A DNA stretch of 64,000 nucleotides from Trypanosoma brucei (taxonomy: Eukaryota), in NCBI GenBank assembly GCA_000002445.1, contig CH464491.1:4544001-4608000 (forward strand). Direction: 5' to 3'. The notes under the pieces are model-generated. The model did no database searches and was not told where the DNA came from. It was given only the letters and a program-made list of their open reading frames with translations. Both the position numbers and the translations under genes were made by a program. Below, in pieces: positions 37,977 to 49,656 of the stretch. Numbering within the stretch: the first letter of the stretch is position 1; every line of letters begins with the position of its first letter.

Positions 37977-39423
37977 ATGCTAAGACAAAAAGCCCGGAAG
38001 TCCGCAGTTTTTCTGGCGGCATTTGTGGGCGCGGTATTCGCACAGGATGAAGAGTCCTCAGTCGAAGCAATAAAGAGCACGTGTGATGAAGCGGTGTGGC
38101 TTCAGACCGTCCAAGATCATTACATCAAAAATGTACAAACAGCTGCAGCTCGAAATTCTGACCTACTCACAGAAGCCAGGAACCTAACCCTAGCCGCGGC
38201 ACAGTTCTCCGACCAAACGCAACAGGCGGTACTAACCTCGTTAGCTGCCATTGCAGACCAGCGAGCAACTGCAGCGGCAGCGATCCTAAATCGAGAAACA
38301 CCAAGCTTACTAGCAGCGGTAGCCTTGCTGAACGAACGACGCGGCAACGTCCGAGCACTGTCGCTTATAATGAACACCCAGGAATCCGCAACTTTCTCAG
38401 GGTCGACGACAACGGCTGGCGACAACGTACTCTTTGCCGCGACAACAGTCAAGTGCTTTCTAATAGCAACACTGGACAAGAAACCCACAGCGGAGTGCAC
38501 AGTAACGGAACAGAGCGCGACGAAGCTAGTAGATGCAGGACACCACCTGGCCAAAATAACGAAAATGAAAGCGATACCGCTAACAAAATTTGGCATGCCT
38601 CAACTTGGTGTGGACATAGAAACGAAAGGTACGTTCACCGCAGGCAGTAACCAAGCAAACGAAAATAACAAATGCGCAGACAAACCCATAAAAAGCAGTG
38701 AAACCAACGGTGCCGGTTTAACGAAACTAGCACTAAATCAACCTACAGCGGCACCAACGGACGTGAAAATGAAAGATAACGACGGCTTCGTAAACGTATC
38801 CAAAGAAAAAGACCACTACATCACCACTGGGACCCAGGTAGCAAGCGCCACCTATAACCTAAGAGCCCTAACATCCAAACTTCTAGGAAAGATAGCGGAT
38901 GAAACAGCCGATTCCCTGAGCAACGACCACAACGTTCAGAACGTAATTTACCTCACACTCGGTAAAGGAGAAAATATCAATGACAGCACCGACCAAAAAG
39001 CAGAAAAGATAAAAAGCCTGTTTGGCGGCGCCGGGACCAAACTGTAAGACAAATTTTTTTCGACTTTCAACGCAGACAACATAAAATATACTGTTGGTAA
39101 ACAAACCGTAACCACGAGCGTAGCGAAGGCTGAAAGTGATTCAAACTACGCAATAACCCTAGCATTTTCGCATAAAAGCCAACACGGCAATAGCCAGAGC
39201 AAGGAATTCCAGAGAGCAGGTGAAAGCACCGACAAAATCAAAGAAACTGAATGCAGAAATAAAAAAGACAGAGGCAAATACAAGGAAAAGAATGGGTGTG
39301 AATTCAAAGATGAAGATTGCAAAGTTAAAGTGACCACAGCAACAGAAACAACAGAAAACACCACAGAAAGCAATTCTTATGTCATTAACAAGGCTCCTCT
39401 TTTGCTTTTATTTTTGCTTTTAT
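37977..39423 (+). pseudogene. VSG: VSG that is full length except for a single in-frame TAA (39045-39047) at the N/C-domain hinge
   Basis: ORF 37977..39047 (356 aa, signal peptide MLRQKARKSAVFLAAFVGAVFA). The same frame continues after the TAA, reading ...GAGTKL*DKFFSTFNADNIKYTV...ETECRNKKDRGKYKEKNGCEFKDEDCKVKVTTATETTENTTESNSYVINKAPLLLLFLLL*. Confidence 0.85.
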
Positions 39424-39458
39424 AAAACTTTTTATATTTCCCCTTCTGTTTTGCTATT

Positions 39459-39475
39459 CGGATATATTTTAACAC
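39459..39475 (+). promoter_or_regulatory. VSG 3'UTR 16-mer
   Basis: cGGATATATTTTAACAC, about 40 nt after the stop codon. Confidence 0.6.
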
Positions 39476-39559
39476 TTGAAAATTCCGCGAAAATAATGTG
39501 TGTTTGTGTAAAATTGTGACTTTGCAAAAAAAAATTGATCTGATAAAAATTTCTCTTTT

Positions 39560-40030
39560 TTTGTCGCTGATTTTTTTCCAGAAAAACAAGAAGGTAAAAA
39601 AATGGCGAGGTTATGGAGGATTGAAATTTCTAGCGACCATTTTTAGGGTTAAATTTCGGTTTTTTTGACAATTTTTGGTTTTCGATTTTTCGAGTGACTT
39701 TTGAATTTTTAAGGTTGAGGTTTTTAGGATTATTGGAGTTAAGGTTTTTTTGTTAGACATTTTTGAGATTTATAAATTTTTTTTGGCATTTTTCACATTT
39801 TTTAAAGTTTTTGGAGTTGGATTAATTTTATAAAAAAATTGGGGTTTTAAACTCTTTTATGCGTTTTATATTATTTTTCGTAACTTCAGATTTACACTGA
39901 ACCAGGCAGCAGTTGTGCTAAAACCAAAAACAAAAGAAAGGAAGGATAGATAGGGTTATGGCTATAGTTAGGGTAAGAGTTAGGGTTATTCGGATAGATG
40001 TTTTAATTCTCCTTTTTTGGATTTTTTTTA
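39560..40030 (+). repeat. T/G-rich degenerate tract containing telomere-like TTAGGG-derived units
   Basis: tttagggttaaatttcggttttttt...ttaaggttgaggtttttaggattattggagttaaggttttttt and ...gatagggttatggctatagttagggtaagagttagggttattcgg. Confidence 0.5.
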
Positions 40031-40379
40031 ATTTGTCATTTTTTCTTAGTGATGCAGCGGCTCTTTCTGTATGTCACCTCTAGGCCTTTTTCACTCAACA
40101 CGCATCTTCTTCTTCATATTTTTTACATATTTATTTCATATCCACATCGTTACGATCTACTTCTAACACTTTTTTTGAATTTGAGCTCTGCATTTTTCTC
40201 TGCGCGCGGCCTCAAAAAAAAATTTTTATGCTGGCGCGTGGCAGTTTTGCCTCACAAAACGATTTGCTTTCAAAGAAGAAATAATATAAAAAGAGACCTA
40301 TTTGGAAGTAGGAGATTATCATGATCAGTGGTGAAGCATCATCAGCCCGATCTACCGCTGGCAGGCGACGTCTAATGCC

Positions 40380-40700
40380 GCTCAACTGTCAGTGGCGCGT
40401 TTTTAACCCCAAAGGAAAAGACGACAAAGAGTGCACATTGATTGAGGAAACCAAACAAAAAGCAGCAGAGCAAGCAAATTGAGAAATACGAGGGAAAGAT
40501 GGCAAACCTGACTGCAGCAAACTTCTAACACAACTGGAATATGAGGCAGTAAACAAGGATAACAAAAATTATTGTGTATAGAGAAGTGGGAAAGATAACA
40601 AGGATGAAAAAGACACAAAAATTCTGTGATTCCAGTTTTCTCGTCAATAAGAAAATTTCTCTGATGGCTGCTTCTGTTTTAAGTTTGGTAGTATTAAAAG
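40380..40700 (+). pseudogene. VSG: Solo VSG C-terminal fragment (C-domain and GPI signal only)
   Basis: ...[36 protein letters not shown] is preceded by a Cys/Lys-rich stretch. No N-domain lies upstream. Confidence 0.75.
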
Positions 40701-40789
40701 ATTTTTCGCTTAGTTTTATTAAATACTTCATTTTTGAGAGAATCTACAAAAATTTGAAACAATCTGATATATTTTAATTATTTTTTTAT

Positions 40790-40935
40790 AGTTAGAGTTA
40801 TATAATAATTATGATATTAATAGAAGTGCACTGTAAGTGTATATATACTAATACTATAATAATAATAATAGGATAGTGTTGTGAGTGTGTTTATAATAAT
40901 GTTATGATAAGAGTTGTGGTGAAGAATGAATTTAA
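40790..40935 (+). repeat. 70-bp-type repeat
   Basis: atactataataataataataggatagtgttgtgagtgtgtttataataatgttatgataagag. Confidence 0.8.
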
Positions 40936-42256
40936 TGACAAAAAATGGAAGCACTGAAAACAATGTTATGTGTGCAATTGCAGTAATTGAGTAAGTGTGA
41001 TAGAAAGAGCTTTTATATGTGTAGGTTTAAGCACATATGTAAATATGGGTATCATTATACAAGAAGGTGATGGTTATTGATAGGAAGTGGAGGCAGAATG
41101 CGGTGTATAGGCCACATGGAATCGATACATTGTCTGTAGAAGAGAAATTACACAAAAAAGAATAAACGAAAGTATGGAATAAAATAACCTAAGAGAAAAT
41201 AGCACAGTATGAAAGGAAATTATACCGAAAATAAATATGCTCCGTATTTCATGTGGAAATAGATATAATCCACTGCGAAGATAGTGCTTTGGAAAGTGGT
41301 TGTTAATGTGATGACGAATCCTATTTTTTATAATGTGAAGAAATACAAAAAAGAGAAACTGATAGGAGGAGCGGATTGAGAAACTGTGAAGCAATTTAGA
41401 AGTATTCTCATCAAATGTAGCAATAATGACAGATATGTGCTGGATATGATATAACATTGTCTTGAAAAGGATTTTAGAACTGGAAATACAAATGAGTTAT
41501 CGCGGATAACAAAATAGACAAAACGCCGAAGTTTCTTAGAATAGAACGTGTGTCAAGCTATGAATTATCTCTATGAAGCGAAGAGAAATAATGACGATAT
41601 TCTTCCAATCTTGTATTGGTATATTTACCAGTCATTAATAATTTTCAAGGATCAAGTAAACCATATAAAAGTGGTTGCCGACACAAAGTGAACGGCGCGT
41701 GTTTACAAATCAAAAAAGTGGAAGAAGGCGGTTTTGTGTCCACTGTTTTCAAGTCTTCAGCGACAGTGTCCGATTACAAACAAGGATGTAAGGCAGTAAC
41801 ACACTGCAAACCTTTTCGTGATAAACAACAATGCTTCCTAGTTATTACGCAGATATTCAATGTAGAATTGAAAGAAAATAGAACCAATAACAAAACATGA
41901 GATTTGAATTCCCATGCATAGAAATATGTCTGACGTTCATCCATGAACCTCAAGGATGCATCAGAACAAACATCATAGATGTAAGCCAAAATAAACACGC
42001 GAAGTGTGAGCAGGAAGAGCATTCGTAGTGAGTATGTCATTCAGCTACAACCTTAAAGGTTACAACAACACAGAACGTAAATAGGAGAAGCGTGATGCAT
42101 CAAAAACAGCCACAACAGTTTAATGCAATTACTGAAACAAACACAAATGAAGCATAACCCAACTCACCATTGCAACACCCACCAGCAGCGTGACGAACGA
42201 CTGCCACACAGCTCTAAACAGCACTTGCACGTCCTACATACTTTTCAGCACGCCGT

Positions 42257-43793
42257 ATGAAATTCAGCCCTGTGATACACATAAATCCCTTAATTTTAGT
42301 CAATGTAGCTAGAGAAACGGACGATGTTCAAGCCGACAGCAGCGGTGACGCTAACTCTTGTTTTTATCTGTATCGAACAGCATGCAGATGCCCAAGCACA
42401 GAAACTTTGATTAGCGCTGTCACCACACCGTTTCATGAACTGCAGTATCTAAAAAAGTTAATAGGCCACTTCGAAGGACAATTACAAGCAGCGAGCAACA
42501 ACCTCAAAGATCTGGCGGCGGACTTCACCCAACTGACAATCAGCCATGCGTGCTCAACGTCAACTTCAACGAAACAAGCGGTGGGAGCTTTTCTCGTGGC
42601 AAGATCTGAAGCAATGCACTAACAAGAAGCGATTATTCAAGCTGGTAGAGGCCCAGTAACGAAATTGTTAAGCGCACTCAAAGACAAGAGGATGCAAACA
42701 CGAACACTAATAAGGTCTGCACTAGACAAACTAACTCTAAGCGGCGGATCAAACCCGAAAAGCAGCTAGGCCGGCCTAAGCAGGGCCAGCGACGTCCAAT
42801 GCGACGTACAAGACACAGGCGATGGAAAAGACAGTAACACTTGCGACACCGAAGTCACAGCCGGAGCACACAAAGAAGCCACAGCGATAATAGAACTGCC
42901 CAACATCGAAAACATACAGCTTATCCCCGATGCCAAATTCAACCCACCGAGCTACAAGCTCAAAATAGCTTCGGCAGTGCGGGCTCAATGAGCACAAGGA
43001 AACCAGGAGCCTGCGCGATAACCCCGACATATGACAACACACCGCTCGGGCAACTAACAAAAGCGTTCGGAGTAGTGTCAGCGACGCGTGACACGAGCAA
43101 TGACCGGCCGACCAAAACAACCTTATTTAAGCCAGCTGGCAAAAATGCTGGCTGCGAAGATGACAACACAGACGAAAAAAAACCTAACAACGACTAAAAG
43201 ATTAGCAGCCCTGCTTTGCCGGCACCGACACATCAACATAAAGACAGTCGCCCGACCTCTTCAAAAGAGAAAAAATGACCTATAAAGTGACGCGACATTA
43301 CGAAAAATAGCCCAGCTATTCAAACACCGACAAGCCAATAGTTCCGAAGAGGAAAGCAAGCAAACCTCAGCTGTCAAGGCTTTGCTGCCCAACGGCGAAG
43401 CAACCTTAACTTCAGATCTAAAACCGTTGGAAAACGAGCACATCAGTTACAAAGCAGACAACGGTATAGCAAAGATAAACTTAAAGGAAGCCAACAGCGC
43501 CGGCGAAATTGCGAAAACTCTTGATTTTTGTTTCGCAAAAGAACACGCCGCCAAAGTAGCGGAAAGAGCACAAAAGACAAACCCAGATACTAAAACAGAA
43601 GAAAAATACAAGGAAAACACAGAAGAAAAAAATGCAAAGAGGACAAAGATTGTGAGCTCAAAGATAGTAAATGCAAACTTAAAGAGGGTGTAAAAGCTGA
43701 AAATGATGGGAAAACTACAAACACCACAGGAAGTAATTCTTTTATCATTAAAAAGGTCCCTGTTTTGCTTGTATTTTTGATTATAGTATAACA
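42257..43793 (+). pseudogene. VSG: VSG pseudogene, heavily fragmented
   Basis: The ORFs are 42257..42622, 42841..43197 and 43382..43693. The end reads ...CELKDSKCKLKEGVKAENDGKTTNTTGSNSFIIKKVPVLLVFLIIV*. Confidence 0.8.
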
Positions 43794-44439
43794 CATTTAA
43801 GAAATTTGCTCAATTTTTATGAAATATTCTAACGTTTACCAATATCTGACACACTTTAGCACCTTTAAATTCCCCGTAAATTGTGTGCTTTTGTTAAATT
43901 TTGAGTGTGTACAATTTTTTGTTGCTTAAAATTTTCTCTTTTTTCTTTTGTTTTCTTTTGTTTTCTGTTGATTTTTTTTGAATTTTTTGGGTTAGTTTTT
44001 TTGGTATGTTCGATGTAGTAAAACAGACAAAAAACCTAAAGGCAAGCTAGAAAATGTTAGCGGTAGTGTCATTCGGGTTGTGGTTACGATTTGTAATTTT
44101 TGTTTTAATTTTTTAATGATGCAGCTGCTCTTTCTCGATGAATACTCTAACTATTTTTCCTCCAGCAGACATCTTTGCTTAAATTCTCTTGATATTCATT
44201 TTTACTACGCCGCCGTTACGCTTTTGTTCATTTTGATTTTGTGAATCTCAGTTCTGCACTTTCCGCTGCTCGCGGTTTCAAATTCTTTTTTCGTTGGGAC
44301 AAAAGCTGGAGGGTGGCCTCAGCGGCTGCATGCGGTTTTTTTACAGTGGCGTGTGGCAGTTTCGCTGCAACAATCTGTCTGCTTTTAAGGCGGGGTAGAA
44401 GCAAGCGAACGATATTCTGCAGCAACACATGAGGCTAAT

Positions 44440-44810
44440 TTGGCAGAAAACTTTAGCGACGCGTGCAGACAGCAAGCGTTACACAACAAACGTGACCTGC
44501 AAAGCAAACGACTGCAAATGGGAAGGGGACAGCGAAACCACTGCAAACCCAATGATGGAGAAACGCAGACAATTCAAGGAACAGATGGAACTCTATCAAC
44601 AGAAGACCCTAATTGTAGCGAGTATACAGACCCAGATAAATGTGCCAACGCGCCACGCAAAGCTAAGGAGTGAAAGAAATCTGTTTGTGATTGGATTGAT
44701 TTCATGGATGGACAGGAAAATTTTTGAACCAAAATTCCGTGATTGAAGTTTCCTTGCAAGTAGAAAATTGGCTCCGATGTCTGCTTCTTTTCTGCGTTTG
44801 GTGTCATTTT
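44440..44810 (+). pseudogene. VSG: Solo VSG C-terminal fragment
   Basis: ...VTCKANDCKWEGDSETTANP...EYTDPDKCANAPRKAKE* is followed by the frames ...KKSVCDWIDFMDGQ... and ...LKFPCK*KIGSDVCFFSAFGV, a remnant of the GPI region. Confidence 0.7.
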
Positions 44811-44939
44811 AAAGATTTTTACTCAATTTAATCAAATTTATTAAGTTTATGAAATTTTCTATTTTGAAAAAATTTGCTAGGATTAGCTAACAATTGATAT
44901 ATTTAAATACTTTTCGATAAAATATGAAAATTTAGAAAA

Positions 44940-45075
44940 ATGTGAATGATAATAGCCTATGATTGCGATGTAAAATTGTAATAGGATATGAAATGTGAGT
45001 TCTTTTCTGATTTTGGTGAAATAGTAATAGACTGTTTTGAGTGTGTATATACTAATATTATAATAAATGTCTTGA
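44940..45075 (+). repeat. 70-bp-type repeat, degenerate
   Basis: gtgaatgataatagcctatgattg...gactgttttgagtgtgtatatactaatattataataaatg. Confidence 0.7.
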
Positions 45076-46805
45076 CGAACACATGGACTACAAAAATAGA
45101 AGAATTTAAAATCAGAGAGGGTACAATGGAAGTGAATGAGTGAAGGAAAGTTCAAGGAATATATTTTATACGGAGAAACAGAAAGACAGAGAGAGTGTGG
45201 GGAAGAAATTAACGCAATAACAGACGCCGAAATAAAGAAGGGACTCTCATATGCCAACGAATGTGGAGGCAGTAATTATGAATAAACAGAGCACAGCGAC
45301 CGAGAAAATGCAACTCCTACGTTTTATACAGTGATAGCAAAGGAGAAGCTGCTGGCGAAAGTGAGAGGGTGGGAAACGCCGTGAAAAAAGTCCATATATG
45401 AGTCAGTTGTGGCTATTTACGAATTTGAGGGAATAAACAGCGATACCTTTCTAATCCCGTACCTGTATTACAGGAAAACAGTAATACATTTCAATGGGTG
45501 GTTAATTGACGCAAGGATTGTGACTGAGAAAACAAAAGATGACAATTAACAAAGCAAAATTGAAGAAGAAAAAGAAACTTTCAGGACTTTAATTGACAAA
45601 TCTTAGACGGCGTCGGCAACAGCTGAAAGCAGGCATAAACAAAAGTTTGTGCATGCTCTGGAATAATAAAAGCCTCATCTTCTCATTACAGCGGGATGTG
45701 ACAACAGCTATATAGCAGTAAATAGAACAAATTAGAAACCACAAGATAAGAATCTTAACTCGTAGAAAGTAGTCTGGTGTTTTATACAGCTATAAGAATG
45801 AATTTGGGAACAAATAAAAAATATTCAAAAGGTAATGGACAGGAAGAAAAGTCGGTTAAACAACAGTTATGTCAAGTTCAATAGAAATAGAGAACGAAAA
45901 TAACAGATGAGACTTCTTACTTTTTTGCTTTGTCCTGATTAGTTTGCTCGAAGTAGCCAATTCTATCTTTTATTTACACAGGAAATACACGCAATAAAAC
46001 AAGGCAAACGATTTTAAATGTCCAGATCAGAGACAGTTGCCCTCAGTATTTTACAAGTAGAGTCTACGTTACTGTTTTTAAAAAGCAATTGAAGCTGGTG
46101 GAGCACAGTCAGGCGGTTTAAGCGGCTATAAATGGATAGGGTCTGCTCAGTAGAAAAAAAATTTAGGAATGTGAAAAAACGCCCCGTCCTCAGAGCTTTC
46201 ACCCCCGATAAAACAGAAAGTCATTACTTACAGCAGTTTTTATGGGCACTAAATAAAATTGGAAGAACAAAAGTGGTGAATAAAAAGGCAACTCCAATGC
46301 AAAAATTAACTGCTATACGGGTTTGGCAAAACGGTTTCTCAAAAATGTTCAAAGTCATGCGTACGAGTGAAGCGTCAGTGTTATGTAGCCGCTGATAAAT
46401 TCATCCACAAAACAGGAATTGGACTACAATAGAAGAACACAGCAAACATTAATGAAAGATGCTTTAGATATAGAATGGTATTTATTAAATTTGAAAATCG
46501 AGGCTATTTGCCTTAAGTGGGTGCCGTTTTCCGTTACTAAAGGAAGATGCTGGCCTCTTGAGTTCTTCTTTTTTGTTACATACGTGTTTCTTAAAAGTAA
46601 CAGACATCATGAAGCTATAACCACACGTGCTAGCACGTGACTTACAGAACAAGCAGAAAAATCGGCTCCATCGAGGCAACCCTAATATCGAGAAGGGGCA
46701 GAAAACAACATACCTACGTCTCCACCGGCAACCAATTGGCACAAACTCAACTTCTCTTGGTATCCTTCACTCTAGGGACACGAGCTAGCACGAAGACACG
46801 AATTC

Positions 46806-48252
46806 ATGTCACTGCCCTTTATATGGACGATAGCCGTACTAGCCACCGCAACCGGAACATTAGCGACCATTCATGAACACACAAAACAGGTTGCTACAGC
46901 TTGCGCCGCTGCCAGACAGTTTGGAGAAGCTTTAACGGTCATCAAATCAAAGGCAACGGACCTAATCACAAGCCAGGAAAAGTTACAAAAGGACTACACA
47001 AGACTTGTCCTCGCCGCTACGGCCACACGCGGAGACCTGCGGATTGCGGCAGCAGCACTACTACCGGTTGCGGGGAAACTGCTAGACAAAACCGCCGCAG
47101 ATGTTTCCAGGCTAACAGCCCTAGCCCTACAGGTCACAGCCAAGATTGGCCGGCACCAAGGTGTAAAGGCTGTCCTAGCCGATATTGAATCACTGTCCGT
47201 TCCGACCATGGCAGACAGAACACTCAGTGAAAACGACTGACCAGGAGCCGACGGAGAGAAAATAAGATATACGCCGTTTTCTCACGCCAAAGGCACGCTC
47301 AAACAAGAACCAACAGACCAAATAAAAACCATAAGCGCCCCAGACATTTCACAAACCGGCACAACCCTGGTGTTTATCCATGCACAGGCGGAAACTCAAA
47401 AAAGCGGCTTGTCAAACAGCGTGACGATCTGCGGAGAAACGGCCAGCAACCGAGGAGCAGACTACGAATCAGCAGCCCCCAACCAAAACCACCACCTACG
47501 CATGTCCGGAGGTGAGCTGCTAGACTTTAACAAACAAATCTACAAGAAGGGGACAACAACCGACGGAGAATACACAGCAGTAACGCCGACGTCCACCAAC
47601 ATCATACCAACGCAGGACTTTGTAACCGAAAACCTGGATGGCCTAAAAGCAATTGAAAAGGAGTTAAGCTGGATAGCAACCACCGGCAACGAGCTCGTGC
47701 AAGCGGCGATAAAAACCGACGAACACACTCAACAAGCAATAAGGAAATTGATCCTCAAACACACAACTGAACAAGCCACTTCCGCGGAGGCAAACAAAAT
47801 CAAAGACACGGTAAACCTCTTATACGGGGACGACCAGGAAGCTTTCACAGACATAGTCTGGAACCAAGTGGAAGCAGTAACAATTCCGAAAGAGGTGATC
47901 GCTAATAGAAAAAAGACAGATGTCAAATCTACAGAGAAAATTAGCGAGCTTAGCGCAAGTGCAACTTCTTGCTTAATTCAAACTGAAAGCAGCGCAAATT
48001 CAGGAAAGGCCAAAGACAGCACACCACAGGAAGTAAGTAAGAAAACAGAAAACAGCGAGAAAACAGAAATAGACAAAAAACAGGAGTAAATTGCTCTAGC
48101 CATTCAACCAAGGAGACATACGAAGCAGTGACAGGTACTCCTTCTACAGGCAAGGCCAAATTTTGTGGATGGATTGAAGGCAAGTTTCAGGATTCCTCTA
48201 TTCTCGTTAATAAAAATTGGCTCTTATTGCTGCTGCGTTTGTTATTTTGGTG
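46806..48252 (+). pseudogene. VSG: VSG pseudogene with frameshifts
   Basis: The ORFs are 46806..47240 (signal peptide MSLPFIWTIAVLATATGTLA) and 47370..48089. A third frame ends ...GKAKFCGWIEGKFQDSSILVNKNWLLLLLRLLFWCNL. Confidence 0.85.
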
Positions 48253-48529
48253 TAATTTAAGGATTTTCAATTATTTGAGAGTTATGAAATATGTTATTTT
48301 TACATAATTCGGTTAATTCGCTAAACTTTGATATGTTTGATATAATCTGACACTTTTGATGAAATTGTACAAAGCTGGAAATTTTTGAGAGTTTAGAAAT
48401 TAGTGAACAATATGGACTTTGAAGACACAAAACGTTGGTATGCTATTGGCATATGGGCACAAAGTGGTAAGATGATATCGTATGGAAATAATTAATATTC
48501 TAATTTGGTTTAGGTTTGTTTATTTTATG

Positions 48530-48650
48530 TATATAAGTGAAGTTTATAATGGTAATAGCAATGATAATGATAGGAGTTTGCTTTGAGTGCGTATATTGTA
48601 ACATTGTTAATATAATAAGAGCAGTTTCGACTACCAAGCGGACTACCAAA
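48530..48650 (+). repeat. 70-bp-type repeat
   Basis: ggtaatagcaatgataatgataggagtttgctttgagtgcgtatattgtaacattgttaatataataagag. Confidence 0.75.
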
Positions 48651-49656
48651 ATTGGAGCACTTAAACAATGTGAAAATGGAGCGGGAGTAAGAGGGAGTTA
48701 TAGAGAGCGAGAACTATTATTTTTAAACTAAACACAGAAATTTAAAGAAGAAAGAAGTGATATACGTGCACTTTTTTTATCACTGTGCGGATTCACGGCT
48801 ATTGTGCCTACCTTACACTAGTAATGAGGAGGAAATGTGTCTATGCACATCATATAACATGGCGTGATAGTGTGAGGTCCAGTCTTGGAGAACAAGCCAC
48901 TACCCACCAAAGCCTCCTTATGTGGAGATTATTACCAACCCACTTCGCAAACAGACGGTAAACACAACGCGGCCACCGTTCTATATACATGGTCTCCATT
49001 GCAGGACGCGGCACCACATATAGCTGCTGCGGCATCTCACCCTGTAAATTCACCACTAGCTCTACAGCTAATGACATGTATACGACTTCGATGGGTTTCC
49101 CTTGGACAGGGTACTTAACCCCAAAGCATGAAGTATTCACTTTTTCTCGGATTGAGTTGCGGTTCACACACATAAATATCTTCAACGTCCAAAAGTGCAC
49201 TCACTATGGCACCACAGGAATCACTTACCCCGGTAGATATACCAGTGTTCACGTCGTAACAGTTAGCCTCCGCAAAAAATTTTTATTCTTCCTCGGTACA
49301 AGACCCTGACACCACAATGAGGTTGCTACCACTAACGTCAGGGGGTTGACTGTGCTTGGAATAGAAAGGATAAAAGTGATAGACCAGTAATTTGATACCT
49401 GTAAAAAGCTGAAAGTATTTAGAATTTTGCAACACACTCTTAAGGAGGGGTTTAAAGATGAATAAAAAGTGGCCTTGGCCCAGAAACCATGCCGAGAAAC
49501 CTTTCTCGGACCGACACGCATATCGCAACGAAAATAAACCAAGAAATCTTAATACACCCACACCTCTCTAGTACCTAGTCAAGGAAAAGTGGAGCAGAGC
49601 AACGAAGCGAAGAGCTTTGATAACAAAAAACAACTTTCTCCTGACCTACGACGCCA

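Noticed and set aside
38120-38596. 158-aa minus-strand ORF, plus similar antisense ORFs (33596..34165, 52940..53290, 61330..61698, 5734..6318)
   Set aside because: All lie inside, and antisense to, well-supported VSG or ingi coding regions. They lack features of their own.
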